A stretch of DNA of 64,000 nt, taken from the human T2T-CHM13v2.0 reference genome, Homo sapiens. Shown one piece after another: positions 14,798 through 29,786 of this stretch. The notes beneath the pieces were generated by a model. That model saw only the letters and a program-made list of their open reading frames with translations, had not been told where the DNA came from and searched no databases. Within the stretch, counting starts at the first letter, position 1; every line of letters begins with the position of its first letter. Both the position numbers and the translations under genes were made by a program. The stretch lies in the NCBI RefSeq assembly GCF_009914755.1, contig NC_060927.1; one strand, written 5' to 3'.

Positions 14798-16353
14798 CTA
14801 TTTTAACTAGTACACATTTTTAATAAAACTGAAGAAAATGTTCTGATGAGAAAGAACATTAAAATAATGCTTACGGTTGAATTTGTTTTGTAAATATCTC
14901 AAAATCAGAAGATTTTGAACTTAATTTTGTTAAATATCATTTTACGAATTAATATCTAAAGATATCTCTTAAGCTAAAAATCCAAGGTTATTTTATTCCT
15001 TGAATGCATGTTTCACTCTACTATTTGTCACTAGAAACTTTCATCATAGTTCATTGATTTACTTATCCCTAACTCAAAATTGTGCTAGATGCTGACATGT
15101 CACTAAACTTTCAATGGATAACTGTCTTTAATTCCCCAATGGAAACGTGATCTATGAGGAATAGATTCAAAGTTTGCAAATTAACATATGTTTTTGGGGA
15201 ATGTGTGGTGTTTTGTCAAACAGCAATACTTCCTTTGAAAACCCAGTGATAGTTGCTCTTCCTTCTCGTTTCAAATCTGCTCTATTCAAGTTTATATAAT
15301 TTATGCAATGCTATTTGCAATATCCAGCTGCCTTGTAGTTCTATATATTTAAGCAATATAAGGAAATTTTCAGCAGCATTTTTACTTTTAGAAGTGCTAC
15401 ATTGCACATAAAGGCCTCATGTTTCAAAGTATTATAAATCACTAAACAGTCCTCCTATTTGGGTTGCGTTTGGAGGCAAATAATATTTTTAATGCATAAG
15501 CTATTTTCAGATACTATATTTTGTATTGATTAAATTGGAAAATAATCAGGCTTAAGCAAAATAATTCCTTCTAATCATTTTAAGTGATGTGGTAAAACAT
15601 TTCACATGAGCTGGAAGTTCATTCTGAAGCAAAAGAAAGGTTAGCAAACCATCTAGTCAGTTTTACATACAAGTATAGAAAAAGACAGTCATACAAAACC
15701 ATGCAGGTAGAAACAAACATAATTTGTTCTCTCTCTTCTGGGGCTTACCAGCTTACACCATATTGCTAACAAATTATATAAAATTGCAATCAGGTATGTT
15801 TTCCAGCTTCTCACCTATCCATAGGATCATAATAATTATTGCAATTTTTAAGCGTAGAATTGCAAAGACTACCTCAGGGGATCATACAGTTGTACAGCAT
15901 CAATCAATAATTTGTAAGCATGTACATAAACTATTTTTTTAAATCAATATTTAGAAATTTATGAATCATATAGTAAGCCAAAAGGACAATATTACACAAG
16001 CTACAAATTTTTAACTACAGATATTGTATCAATTCTACTTGTGTAGGATTTTCCAAGGATTAGTGTAGTCTTTAAATATGGTCAACATATAACATTGAGA
16101 TTCAGCCTGAAACCCCTCAAAACTTCAACCTACATGGTATCTTTCTAGACACAGATGTATGTCTGAACCTTAACACCTAGAACCCAGTGTCACAATGCTA
16201 TATACCTAGTTCTTATCACCCAAATGTCTAATTCTCCTCATTTGGTTTACTGGCAGAAAATAAGTCTATCCCTAAATTAAGTAATAAATTTGTCTAGATC
16301 ATTCTTATTTCAGATTGCAAAACAGTGTATTATTCTATTTTGAAAAATATACT

Positions 16354-16396
16354 TGTGTGTGTGTATGTGTGTGTGTGTGTGTCTGTGTGTGTGTGT
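16354..16396. repeat. (TG)n microsatellite
   Basis: Directly visible, interrupted. Confidence 0.95.
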
Positions 16397-17297
16397 AATT
16401 AGAACCTATTCTGGTTTTGGTTCTTGGGACTCCTGATAATTTTACTTTCTGTATTTTCCATCTTCCCCACTTGAGCCATGCATTATAATATAAATGAACA
16501 ATAAAAGTTATTACTAACCCAATAATATAATAATAACCCTACTAAGTATCAGCAATGAACATATTCGATCTAAAAAAGTCCTGTCTTTCCCCTGCCTACA
16601 TTCCTATACTAGCTGATAAATTTTTTGAAATGTTAAATTGCATCATAAAATATTTCCCTTCTATGTGTTCATATGCATAGAAATGCAGAGAAAAAGAGAG
16701 AACTCATGTGACGCATTATAAAAAATAAAATTATCTGTCCTGCAATACAGCATTATGGTTGCACAGCAACCATAAATCTGTCTTTAAACTACCTAGGTAA
16801 CATCATTGATTCTTTAGGTCCTTAGGGACCAAGAGCATTAGATATAAGTATTAGTGTTCAAAGCTTCAAAAGTGTTTGCTTCAGAAATGACAGCTTCTAC
16901 AGATGAAACAATTCTGAGTCCCTGTCTAAAGACCCTTGGCCTTTTAGGAAGTAGGCAGATATTTGATATGCATGGCAGGGTTTTGTAAAGTGGTTGTCTC
17001 AAGTGATATATAAATTAACCTTTTGCTAGATTTCTCCTGAGAGGGTGTGGACTTGGCAGCTGGGATTCAAGATCAGAGCCCCGTACTTAAAAAGATAACT
17101 CGATCATAAAGAGCATGAGACAGAGTGAAACCAAACTCTTTCAGCAGTGCACAGAGTTGGACATAGAAACATTAAAGCCAGTAACAATTGCCAAGGGACA
17201 GGGTACTGAGAGAGTTATCCAAAAGACAGGACATTAGCCCTTGATTGTTTCTTAAAAAGTAGGCAAAACTTAGATTTAGAAAATATCCCTCATTTTA

Positions 17298-17470
<173 letters not shown>

Positions 17471-17782
17471 CCTCATTTTAAGTCGAACATGTTGTATTCC
17501 AGAGTGGCTGGGCTACTGGTGTTTGTATTCAGTTGATCGGGTCATAGTATTATCTTATTCCATCAACATTTGATGTTTGTGAAATACAATTTCATGGAGC
17601 ATAAAATTTCCTTTTTATAGGTTTTAGGTCTTAAACAAAGAAGCCATTGATGGAATGGAGATGGTTTTCACAAGATCTTGATCTACCAATATTAGGGCAA
17701 GACTTGGGAACAGACTAGAACCAGAATATCATGACATGTATATTAAACCAATATCGAGAATAGATAAAAATAAAAAAAACCT

Positions 17783-18142
17783 TGTTACAAACTGAATGTT
17801 TTATCTCCTCAAGATTCATATTTTGAAATCCTAACCCCCAATGTGATGGTATTAGGAAGTGGGGCTTTGGAAAGGAAATTAAGTCATGAGTGGGGAATCT
17901 TCATGAGTAGGGTTAGTACACTTACAGGAAAATACCAGAGAGTTAACTCACTCTTTTCCTACAATGTGAGGATACAGAAGTCAGCAGCTTATAACTTAGG
18001 AGAAATTCTTCAGCAGATTCCTACCACACTGTCATACTGATATCAGACTCCTAGCCCTCAGAACTGTGAGAAATAAATTTATATTCATTATAAGCCACCC
18101 AATTATGGTACTTTGTTATAGAAACCCAAACTGACTAAGACA
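17783..18142 (+). mobile_element. MaLR solo LTR (MLT1A/MSTD-like)
   Basis: tgttacaaactgaatg...gactaagaca termini; aataaa near the 3' end. Confidence 0.8.
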
Positions 18143-18559
18143 AACACCTTGTCTGCTTTTCCCGTTCAGTGAGGTACTCAGAGCACACTGAATGCCCCAG
18201 CCACCTTTGACTCTCCTATCCCTCAATCTAGCATACTAAATGAGATAATCCTTTCAATTCCATGTTTAAATGCTGTTCAAATTCATTGTGCCTCTCTTCC
18301 AAAGCCTAGTTAGTAACCTCAAAAAATAATCTCCAAATTTTAGTAAGCTATACTGTCTCTACCATTCCTAATTTATCTTAAATAATTTTAGCATATAGTT
18401 CACTTCCCAAAATCCATATTTTACCTGCCCCTTCACTGAAAATTATTCTCCAATTCTTACAGGATAACATCTAAATTACCATTGGACTTTTAGTTTTATC
18501 TCTTATTCTTACCCACAAACAATCTCTGATTAGGAGTGAGCTTGTCATATTTTAATAAC

Positions 18560-20640
18560 AGAAAGGAGGCCACAAACTGAGCGAATGAAGATAAACTACA
18601 TAAGAAATAATGTCAAATAGGTGAAAGAGGAGCACATGTATGTCACCGAAGGCCGTGGGAAGGTATGGATTTAGTGTGAGTGTAATGGGAAGTCATTTTA
18701 GGCATTTGACTAAGGAGTGATTTGACTTGACAAGACAAGACAGGATCACCTTAGCTGCTTTGTGGCAAGCAGAAAGCAGGTGGGGAGAAGAGGGCAAAGG
18801 GATAGAGGAACAAGAGTGGAAAAAGGGGAACTTAGTAGGAATTATTATAAATTTACAAGGGAGATGGTGGTGGTGGTGGTGGATTGGTCAAAGTAGTAGT
18901 AAATGAGACAATTAGAAATGGTCAGATTTTGGAGATAGTTTTGAGTTAGAAATGCAGAATTTGCTAATGGATTGGTTGTGGTATTTGATAAAGAAAGATG
19001 AATTAAGGATGACTCTGAGTTGTTTGGCCTGAAAAATTAGAAGCATTTAGTTGCCATTTACTGATTGATATAGTGCAGATAATGTCAAGGATAAGTTTGG
19101 GAGGAAGATCAGATATTGGATATATTGTATCTGAGATATCTATTAGATATTACGCCTATTAGGTATTTAATTGGAGCTATTGATAGACACTTAATGTCTT
19201 ATTTCAAAGGGTAGAAAAAAACTAGAATTATAAATATGAAACTATATTTAATGCCATGAAATTGAATGATACTACCAAGGAAGCAAATATAGATACAGAT
19301 GAGAAGAAGTCCAAAAATCTGATCTCTGGGGCAATTCAATTCTACAGATTAGAATGATAAGAAAAAAATGAGCAAAGGAAACTAAGACAGAGAAGCATGT
19401 GAGGTAGAGCTAAGGCAACTTAAAGATGTTACAAGAAAGGGTGGCCAACTGTGTTTAAAGTAGGATGAAAATTGGACATGTATTTAGACATGAAAGTCAT
19501 TGCCAATCTTGCAGCAATGATTTTGGTGAAGTGGTAGGGACAAAAGACAGATTAGAAGGATTTAAGAGAACCTGGGAACAGAGGACTTATAGAAAGACCA
19601 TATTTTAAAAAAAGAAGCTTTAGTTGAATTTTGCTGCAAGGAAGAACAGATAAATGTGGAGCAGTAAAAAGGGGAAGATTTTTAAGATAACAGACATTAT
19701 AGTATATCTGTATACTAATGGGAAAGATCCAACAAAAAGAAGAAAAATCATAACATAGGAGGATTTCTGGAGTAATGAACTTAGATACGTGAGAGAAAAT
19801 AATATCTAGTGTTCAGAAAAAGGGATAGGAATTAAAGCATAAAGACTTCATCCATCATAACAGTGGCAAAGCAGAATATGTGTGAATTAATGTGTATTCG
19901 ATAGGAAGATGAATGGTAAAGGTTTATTACAATACTCTAGGCAGATGAATGGTAAAGGTTTATTACAATACTCTTGCAATTGTTTCTATTTCCCAGTGAA
20001 CTGGGAAATAAGATCATGTGCTTAAAGTAAGAGAGGAGAGTAGGGGTTGAGGTTTATAAAAAGAGGAAAGGGCATAAAACAGTCACATGGGAGAATAAAT
20101 ATTTATTCAAGAGTACTAGGGACCCACTTCAGGTTTGTGGTCAGAGAACTAAAAGGAGAGCAGGTAGATCGCTGGGAGTTTTCATACAGATCTGTTCAGC
20201 CTCAAGAGTTTAGGAATTAAGAAGGTAGATAATTAAACAGAATGGAAATTTTGTCTGATATTATGACAAAGTGAGATAGAGGCAGGGAGTTGAAAATGTG
20301 TGCAAGGGAGTGATTATGACAAGGGATAATGAAATTTAAATTACATGAGAAAAGATATGAGGAAAAGACTATTGCAGATAAATAGCAGACAGAAAAAAGA
20401 AAAATAAGATGTGGTAGACCACTTGAAAACTGGAATTACATGGGAGTTGGAAGTTTTCATAAGGACAAGTTCTAGCATATGGCCATGGTAATGAGTGCAT
20501 GAGGAAAAGTAGAGGAAAACAAATCACTGGAAAAGAATTCAAATGAAGGTCTACATCATTGAAATAGTATCTATGTGTATAGTGGAATCACAAGGACTGT
20601 ATGATTTCTGTATATTGGAAAGAATGACATGTAGCCCGAA
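18560..20640 (-). mobile_element. L2 (long, degenerate)
   Basis: Antisense L2 motifs (gtaatgggaagtcatt, ttgctaatggattgg, aaggatgactc); boundaries approximate. Confidence 0.6.
19902..19973. repeat. 36-bp tandem duplication
   Basis: tagg(a/c)agatgaatggtaaaggtttattacaatactc twice, one mismatch. Confidence 0.97.
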
Positions 20641-21110
20641 GGAAGAAAAAGAAAAGAAGGGGGAGGAGGAAGAAAAGGAGGAAGGCAAGGCAAGGCAAGG
20701 CAAGGCAAAGGAAGAGAATGGAAGGGAAGGGAAGGGAGGAAGGAAAGGAAGGAAGGAAGGGAGGAAGGGAAGGAAGGAAAGGAAGGAAAGAAGAAGAGAG
20801 AGGAGAAAGAGAAAGAAAGAAATAGAAAAAAGGAAGAAAGAGAGAAAGAGAGAGAGAAAGAAAGAGAGAAAGAGAGAGAAAGAAAGAAAGAGAAAGAAGG
20901 AAGGAAAGAAAGAAAGAAAAAGAAAGAAAGAAGGAAAGAAAGAAAGGAAGGAAGGAAGGAGGGAAGGAGGGAAGGAAGAAGGGAAAGGGAAAGGGAAAAG
21001 GAAAGGAAGGGAAGGGAAAGGAAATGAAAGGAAAGGAAAGGAAAAGAAAAAAGAAAAAGGGAGGGAGGAAGGGAGGGAGGAAGATAGGAAAGAAGGGAGA
21101 GATGGGAAGA
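20640..21110. repeat. Polypurine compound repeat (GGAA/GAAA/AAGGC)
   Basis: About 470 bp, nearly pyrimidine-free on the + strand. Confidence 0.97.
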
Positions 21111-21221
21111 GTGTTGGAGTGTTTGGGGGATTAAAGTTGGTGCAGACAGTGGGAGGAGTGTGACAGAAGGTGTTTTGTCATGAGATTAAATGCTAGGAAA
21201 TTTGTAACAGAAAGAATAAGA

Positions 21222-21535
21222 GCAAATGTCCCAATAGAAAAATAGTGTGGGAAATGTACAACATAATTCTAAATTTTGCCATAGTCACATTAATGAAGGA
21301 AAAAATAAACAAGTAAAATTAAGTTTAAAATATATATTTTATTTAATCCAATTTATCCAATCCAACAAGCGGTCAATATGAAAACATATTAATGAAACAT
21401 ATTACATTTGGTTTTGTGCAGTCTTTGAAATCCAGTGTATATTTTTCCCAGATAGCACACCTTAATTCACGTTAGCCACATTTCAAGTGCTTAATAGACA
21501 CATGTAGCTAGTGGCCACCACATGTGACAGTAAAG
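21222..21535. mobile_element. MER33-like hAT-Charlie element
   Basis: tgtcccaatagaaa...ttagccacatttcaagtgcttaatagacacatgtagctagtggccacc. Confidence 0.7.
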
Positions 21536-22250
21536 ATCTACGGCTATTAATTACATAAGGTTTGAGGTGGAGAAATCAGTTTCCAGGAAACCACCGATTA
21601 AGAATTTCTGAAGAAATAATGTCATCAGGGAGAAAAGTCAGACTTCTTTTAGATAAAAAAGATGAAAGAAACATTTAAAAAAGTGGAGGAGAAAACAGGA
21701 CATTTTGCTGCTGAATGTCTGTGAGTGCCAGAGGACACATAGGAGGATTTTCAGGTCTTAAGAAAGGTGGCAGATGGTTAAGAAAAGAGGGTGAGCAGAG
21801 CTATATGAGGATTTGACTCTGCATGAGGACGATGACCCAAGAGTTTTGCGTGTGCAGGGGTGGCCAATAAAACCAAGAGTAAAATGAAATTTTGTCCTGG
21901 TTACCATGCAGAGAGTGATGGTAAAGGTAGGAGCCGTGGGGTAGGAGTAGGGGAAGAAGGGAGAGTATTGCCAGTTAAGTTCAGAATTTCAATGTCCTTC
22001 TTTACCCGAGCTGTTCAATGCTGAGGAGAAAGCTAGAAGACAATTTATCCAAACTTATCTGGGACTCCTAGCGAACTCCTGAATTAGAAAAACTTCTTTT
22101 GTTTTTTTCTGATTCTGAAGGTAGAAGACAGAGGTGAAGGGCAGGATTCTGCTCATTTTAATAGTTTCCTGCAATGTATTACTTGTAATGTATTATGTCC
22201 TACCTTGGAAGAACATGACCCAAGGCAGGACTTACAGAAATGCTAGATTG

Positions 22251-22605
<355 letters not shown>

Positions 22606-23251
22606 TTATAAAAATAACACACGTTATTTCAAGCCCACCAGATTTTCTGAAGAAACAAAAATAATAATAGGTGCTTGCACTGACAGGAGTGGTTGACTCC
22701 AAGGAGAAGCTCTTAATCACCATAACTGAATGAATACCTTGATAATACCTTACCTTTGTATGGGTACAGGAATAGATATAAATAGGCTTAAACCTGAGAT
22801 TGCTAACAGAATGGTATATCTGGGAAATTGATCCTAAAGATATAGTTTCACTCAAAAATGAACACATTAGAGCTGTTACCAGTCACTCTTGCCTGTTGAG
22901 CCAGCAGATAAAAAGCCAGAGCTGTTAGAAAAAAATAAAAGTGAGGGAGGAGTATTAGAAAAATGTAATGGTTTAGAAAGCAAATGGAACTTCTCAAAAG
23001 ACCCTCTAGAATCCTCACCTGAATCAGGTGATCTTGGTGGCAGCAGGGCACCGTCAGGATGAAAGTCAGAAGGCTCCAGAAGGAATTGCTGCTATAGATT
23101 ATGCTCTGTGTCACTGACTGCTAGTCTAAGTCATTTACTTACACTAAGGAGTTTGGGCTTTTTTTCTATACTTGCTGGAATTCTGTGACAACCCTCCTAA
23201 GCTGCTCTATAGTTTTTAAAAATTGTATCCGTGAACATTCTCACTTCATCT

Positions 23252-24110
23252 ATTATTAGTCAAGGCTTCTTGGGTTGTACGTTAGTCCAGTCTCATGCTG
23301 CTTATTAGACATACTCGAAACTGGGTAAATTATAAAGGAAAGAGTTTTAACTGACTCATAGTTCCACATGACTGAGGAGGCCTCAGGAAATTTACAATCA
23401 TGGCAGAAGTGGAAGCAAACATGTCCTTCTTCACATGGCAGCAGCAAGGAGAAGTACTGAGCAAAACAGGAAAAGCCCCTTATAAAACCATCAGATCTCG
23501 TGAAAACTCACTCCTATCATGAGAACAGCATGGAGGTAACTGACCCCATGATTCAGTTACCTCCCACCAGGTCCCTCCCATAGCACGTGGAGATTATGGG
23601 AATTATAATTCAAGATGAGATTTGCGGGGGGACACGGCCAAACCATATCAGGTTGCAAACAAAGAATCCGATTCAAGCTGATGTTGGCCAGAAAGAGATT
23701 ACTATACAGAAGTTTCACGTGAAACCCAAGGACAGTGGGATTTCTAAGCATCAGAAAGGCATGGAAAACTATCTGAACTCTCACTCATGCCTCATCTCTC
23801 TAAGTTTGATGAATTATTCTGTTTCTCCTTAAATCTTATTGTCTTCTTTTTCTCTGCTCCATATGGTGGGTTTGGGGTTGTGTTTGGGGTTCTGTAAGTC
23901 CAGGTATAAGTATTTGGAGACAGCAAAACTATCCGTCACTCTTTCACCCTCAATTCCAGCTATCCAATAATAGAAGCCCAATTGGCTTAGCTAGGGTCAG
24001 TGGCTTACCTTAGTCCAGTGAATCGTGGCTGAGGGATGGTGCACTAAGGGGCAGACATACAAAATGGTTTAGGCCATACCATTAAGCAGATGGTCCAAAT
24101 AAGATGGCCA
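23252..24110 (-). mobile_element. Old MLT1(J/K)-like LTR interrupted by THE1
   Basis: attattagtcaaggcttcttgggttg|caaacaaagaatcc joins across the THE1; caattggcttagctagggtcag typical of the family. Confidence 0.5.
23278..23650 (-). mobile_element. THE1 (C/D-like) MaLR solo LTR
   Basis: Ends ccaaaccatatca; 5-bp TSD ggttg at 23273-23277 and 23651-23655. Confidence 0.92.
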
Positions 24111-25200
24111 CAACAACCTCTGAACAAACCAGAGGGATCAGGCTTATCATTCTCATCCGGTATTTTAGAAAACTGAGACTGATTTCTCCAAGGGCACAAA
24201 GCTATTAAATGGAATCAGAACAATTGCCTCTGATTCCACATTCAAAGTCTGACATCTTCACCACCTGACTAAACTGATATATTGCCTCACCTTCACATAT
24301 TTTAAACCGAACTAAAGAATTAGCCTTCAAAATTCAAATATAGATGAAATTGATGATTATTTTAGGAAGATATATTTCATTCATTGAAGTTTTAAAGCTG
24401 ATATCCTTTCACCAGAATCTAAGTTGTATAAAAATGCAGATTTTTTCCCTTAAGTTTTATGTTGTCAATTGTCACATTATATGTGAGGATAGCTCATTTT
24501 TTAAATATACCAATGCTCTATCTTCAGGGTGGTGTGAGAATCAGTACATTTCATAAAAATTTGAGTGATGAACTACATATTCTTTCTTCTTCATTCCTAG
24601 GACACACTAGCAAAGAAAAACAGTAGGGAGTCCCCATTACTGTCTCCTTTCTATTTATTACTAGAAGTCAGTGGCATTGCTTTCATTTAATTTATGTTCA
24701 GGCTGTGGGAAAAGTTGTCATTAGTTACTGCAGACAAAAATAACAGCAATAGTGGAAGTCACCTTGATAATTCCACTTAAACTGTCATTTACCTTCAAAA
24801 CAACTGGGATTTCATAAAATCCCATGAGATGTTTTGTTCAGGATTGTAATATTTTACAATAAAATGTTTGTAGGAATAATACATTTTAAAAATATAAACA
24901 GTAACAATTTTTTTACAGAATATCAGATGGACAATATCTAATACTTTTAATATGCTAGTTATAATACTGTTCTTAGCATTTGTATAATTTTTATTTTTAG
25001 AAATATCTAAAACATGTCCTTTTCGGTTATTTTTGCTTTTTCTTAATATAATTTCCATGTAAGCTCAAGTAGAGAATACAGACACCGTTCAGTCTGTAAC
25101 AAAAACTTTCTCTCAGCAAGTCTACAATGTGCTAAACAAAAGTATGTACTAAGCCATCCTTTACATAGCACTGCATGTGAGTCAATATTCTGACCAATAA

Positions 25201-25565
<365 letters not shown>

Positions 25566-26227
25566 CAGAAGATCCTCTATTCTTATTCACTTTTCTTAAA
25601 ACTCATAGAAAAGGCATTCTAGATTCTGGAGGTATGCATATGTCCACCCAACCCGTGGTCACTGGAGAAAACTGTCTCCCTTGTCACTTCTCTTCTCTCC
25701 CTTCTCAAATATTCTTTAGTAAGCGGCCTCTGCATGTTGCACCTTTGTCATTTATAATCACATTTTAATCCTGTTTATATAAATCTGGTTCTAGATGGAA
25801 ACTGGGAAAGAGTTTGGGAGTAAGGTGAAGACCAGAGAAGGGATTTCAAACTCTAAGAGATGTGTTGATATATGACAGGGGGATATATACAGGATATTAG
25901 TGCTTTCACATGGTTAAACCTCACTTTAGACTTTCCTTTAGTGTTGTACATAGTCTCTGATCTATTTGCCCTAAAAATGTTTCTTTCTCTTCCCTGTATA
26001 TGAAATTAGATGAGAGGTTGACAGAAGCTCAAAGCAGATATAGTACTGAATTAAATGACTGTTCCTGAGAGTAAAGAGAGAGAGAGAGAAAGAGAGAGAA
26101 ATAGGCAGTTTTTGCATGGAAATCCACACCTGATTTCCCTCACTCACATGTCCACTGGTGTTTTCTATTTAAACTTATTTTCTCGGTCCTGGACCATCAC
26201 AAGCCAGCATAGTCAATTGAATATACC

Positions 26228-26229
<2 letters not shown>

Positions 26230-26270
<41 letters not shown>
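26230..26270. repeat. (CA)n microsatellite
   Basis: Directly visible, uninterrupted. Confidence 0.97.
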
Positions 26271-26272
<2 letters not shown>

Positions 26273-26949
26273 GCCACACAGTATTCAGGCGTCTGTGAAT
26301 ATAGGCTTTGTAGAACTGAAATAAATTATCTATACATTTCATGTTGTTGAATCAGTTTAATGTTTCTAGGCAGATCTACACTCCCACATTGATAGATAAG
26401 AGATTCTACATGAAAATCCCAAGTAAATTCTCCTAGGATTAAAAAAAAAAAGTTAGGAAAGAAAGAAATTCAGAATATCTGTCTTCAATCTTCTCATTTT
26501 ACATATAAGAAATAAGACCCTGAGAGGTGATTTGGCCAAGGTCTCATCACACGTAGAGTGCGTTTTGAGGGGTTGTGCAGGGAGGGATAGGAAGCTTGAT
26601 TACAGACTCAGAATGAGTCAACAGGCGACATAGCTACCTCAGAAGCTCGTTTAAATGATAGAATACATTATTCAACAAAGGCTGCCTTACTTTATTTTAG
26701 GTAGGTATATATCAGGCCTAGGCAGGGTAGCAGCAGGGACAGAGGAAGGGGATGAGACTAGGATTACTACCACAAGAATGAATGTCCTTTTAGCCAAATG
26801 CTTTGGAGCATCAAAAATGATTGCAGCTCTTCCTCTTCTTCTCTCATTTGGCAGAGAGGGAGTTGGGTATACGACTATTCCATCACTCCAGCTTGAAATT
26901 AGCCACCCGAGGGCATCACCTTTGCCATCTTGAAGTTATTAAAAGTATC

Positions 26950-27476
26950 AGGTATGTTCCTTCAATACCTATTTTACTGAGATATTTTTAACATGAATGG
27001 ATGTCAAATTTTATTGAAAGCCTTTTCTGCATCTGTTGAGATAATCATGTGGTTTTTGTCTTAGTTCTGTTTATGTGATGAATTACATTTGATTTGTGTA
27101 TGTTGAACGAACCTTGCATCCTGTGTATGAAACCAACTTGACCATGGTGGATAAGCTTTTTGATGTGCTGCTGGATTCAGTTTGCTAGTATTTTGTTGAG
27201 GATTTTTGCATCGATGTTCATCAAAGATATTGGCCTGAAGTTTTTTATGTTGTTGTTGAATCTCTGCCAGGTTTTGGCATCAGGATGATGCTTGCCTCAT
27301 AGAATGTGTTAGGAAAGAGTTTCTCCTCCTCAATTCTCTGGAATAATTTCAGTAGGAGTTGTACCAGCACTTCTTCGTAAATCTGGTAGAATTTAGCTGT
27401 GAATTCATCTGGTCCTGGGCTATTTTTGCATGGTCGGCTACTTATTACTGCCTCAATTTCAGAACTCATTATTGGT
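26950..27476 (-). mobile_element. L1 (L1PA/PB) ORF2 fragment
   Basis: ORF 27245-27469 translates to L1 ORF2 ([13 protein letters not shown]...[18 protein letters not shown]). Confidence 0.95.
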
Positions 27477-27525
27477 AATAAACCTGCACTTGTACCTTCT
27501 GAAATTAAAAGTTAAAAAAATTAAA
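27477..27525 (+). mobile_element. L1 3' terminus plus A-rich tail
   Basis: aataaacctgcacttgtacc...aaattaaaagttaaaaaaa resembles an L1PB-type 3' end, opposite in orientation to the adjacent ORF2 piece. Confidence 0.7.
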
Positions 27526-29097
27526 AATACTTTAAAAATAATAAAAATGTGATGATGAGCCTTAAAAAGCTTTAAATTATAGAACTAAGGCTAAACAACT
27601 ATGGTAACAGTGAAAGAATATATATGCTAAAAACAAAGACAACATACAAATGGTAATATTACCAGTGATAGGAGAAAGACAGGTTAAAAAGAACATTCTT
27701 GAGGTTGATAAATAAATTACTGGAGCTATCAATGTGTTAATTTCAAGGCATAAAAATCCACTCTAAGAACCTAGAAATATTTAAAATAAGTACCCAAAGG
27801 GTCCCCAGGGCAAGTAGGGGTGATGGAGTTTGAAGTAAGCTTAAGGATATCTCTCTATCTTTTATAATGATTATATGTCTTTTAAGTGTTCAAATGTTAC
27901 ATTCATTGACATATATTTCTAGTGAGAAAAGTAAAATTTTAAAAAGAGACAAATACATATATGTACTTATGAGAAAACTGCTATAAAATGTATTTCTGTG
28001 AAGAAAGGAATTGGTAGATGGTGTAGGAAAGATACTTTTATAACGTGCTCCTTGCAATTTTACATCATGTAGTGAATTATTTTGAATTAAGAAATAACTG
28101 GTAAATCAAAGCTTTCTAGTTGAGATTCCTCTGGAAGGTAAAGGGCAGTTGTACCAGATGTTTTAGTCTTCATAAAGTAATATGATTACCAAGAGATAAA
28201 TTCTCAATATTTATATTTTGATAAAAAGAAATCTAACAAAAGAACCTATTTAAAGAAGAAGATTAGGAGGAAGAAGAGGATGAGGAGGTGAGGGGAAAGA
28301 TATTTCTACTTTTCAAATCAAATCATGTCTTGAGAGATTTTCACCACTGGTAACTACCCAGGTGTGACATTTTCAGAGGTTCATCCCTACTTGATACTGC
28401 TAAGATTTGAATATCTAGTTCCAAGTCAAGCAATGTGATTCTAGGCAAGGACTGGGGGGTTGTTTTATTTTGTTTTGTTTTGTGTTTTGGTATAAATCGT
28501 CTTCAGACAGTCAGCTTGTGTGGGAAATATTTTCAATTGAATGTTACTTTTTGTCTAAATACCCTCCACAATAGTGGGTCAGAGGAGCTATCTACTTGAT
28601 ATCCTAAGAACTATATACCCAGCTTATCCATATTTAGTCCCAAGTTATCCTGCATCCCTCTCAACACAATGGGCATGATTTCTCAGGCAAAACTGACGCT
28701 GCACACATGGTAGGATCCTGTGCTCACTTTCCCCTCTCTCTGTCCCTCTCTGTATGTGCACCTACATCTCCACCTATAGGTACACACACGCTCAGCTCTT
28801 CATTAATTAGTCATTGTTTTGCTCCCCCAAGAACGGATGACTTATTCTTTAGAAAAGGCTTCATTCAGTCCACCTCTTCGAAAGGACTCACTTCTCAACA
28901 CTGCGGTTTATCGTTCTGAATTTTCCCACCGTGGATCTTTTTCTTCCGTCTATGACAGAAGGGATGCTTTTAGGGTTAAATAATACACAGCTGCCCACAC
29001 TACCCACCCAGGACCCCAGTCCTTCTCTCCTAAATAGTCTGCACAAACTGTCCAGAGATGGTATCACAGACCTGGAATTAACACCAAAGCAACATAA

Positions 29098-29622
<525 letters not shown>

Positions 29623-29748
29623 TAAGTGTGTTGTATGTTATGTGGCCATAAGATAGGCTTATTTTAGTGACGAGCACAAAATTAATTTCTCAAGATCTGC
29701 CTTGTGTGTATCCAACCCCCAACACACAAACACATATTCATGTGCATG

Positions 29749-29750
<2 letters not shown>

Positions 29751-29782
<32 letters not shown>
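29751..29782. repeat. (CA)n microsatellite
   Basis: Directly visible. Confidence 0.95.

Positions 29783-29786
<4 letters not shown>

Noticed and set aside
20543-21163. 206-aa K/E/R/G-rich ORF, the longest in the window
   Set aside because: Translation of a polypurine repeat, which cannot contain stop codons
27245-27469. ORF with reverse-transcriptase-like sequence
   Set aside because: Fragment of a dead L1 ORF2, not a host gene
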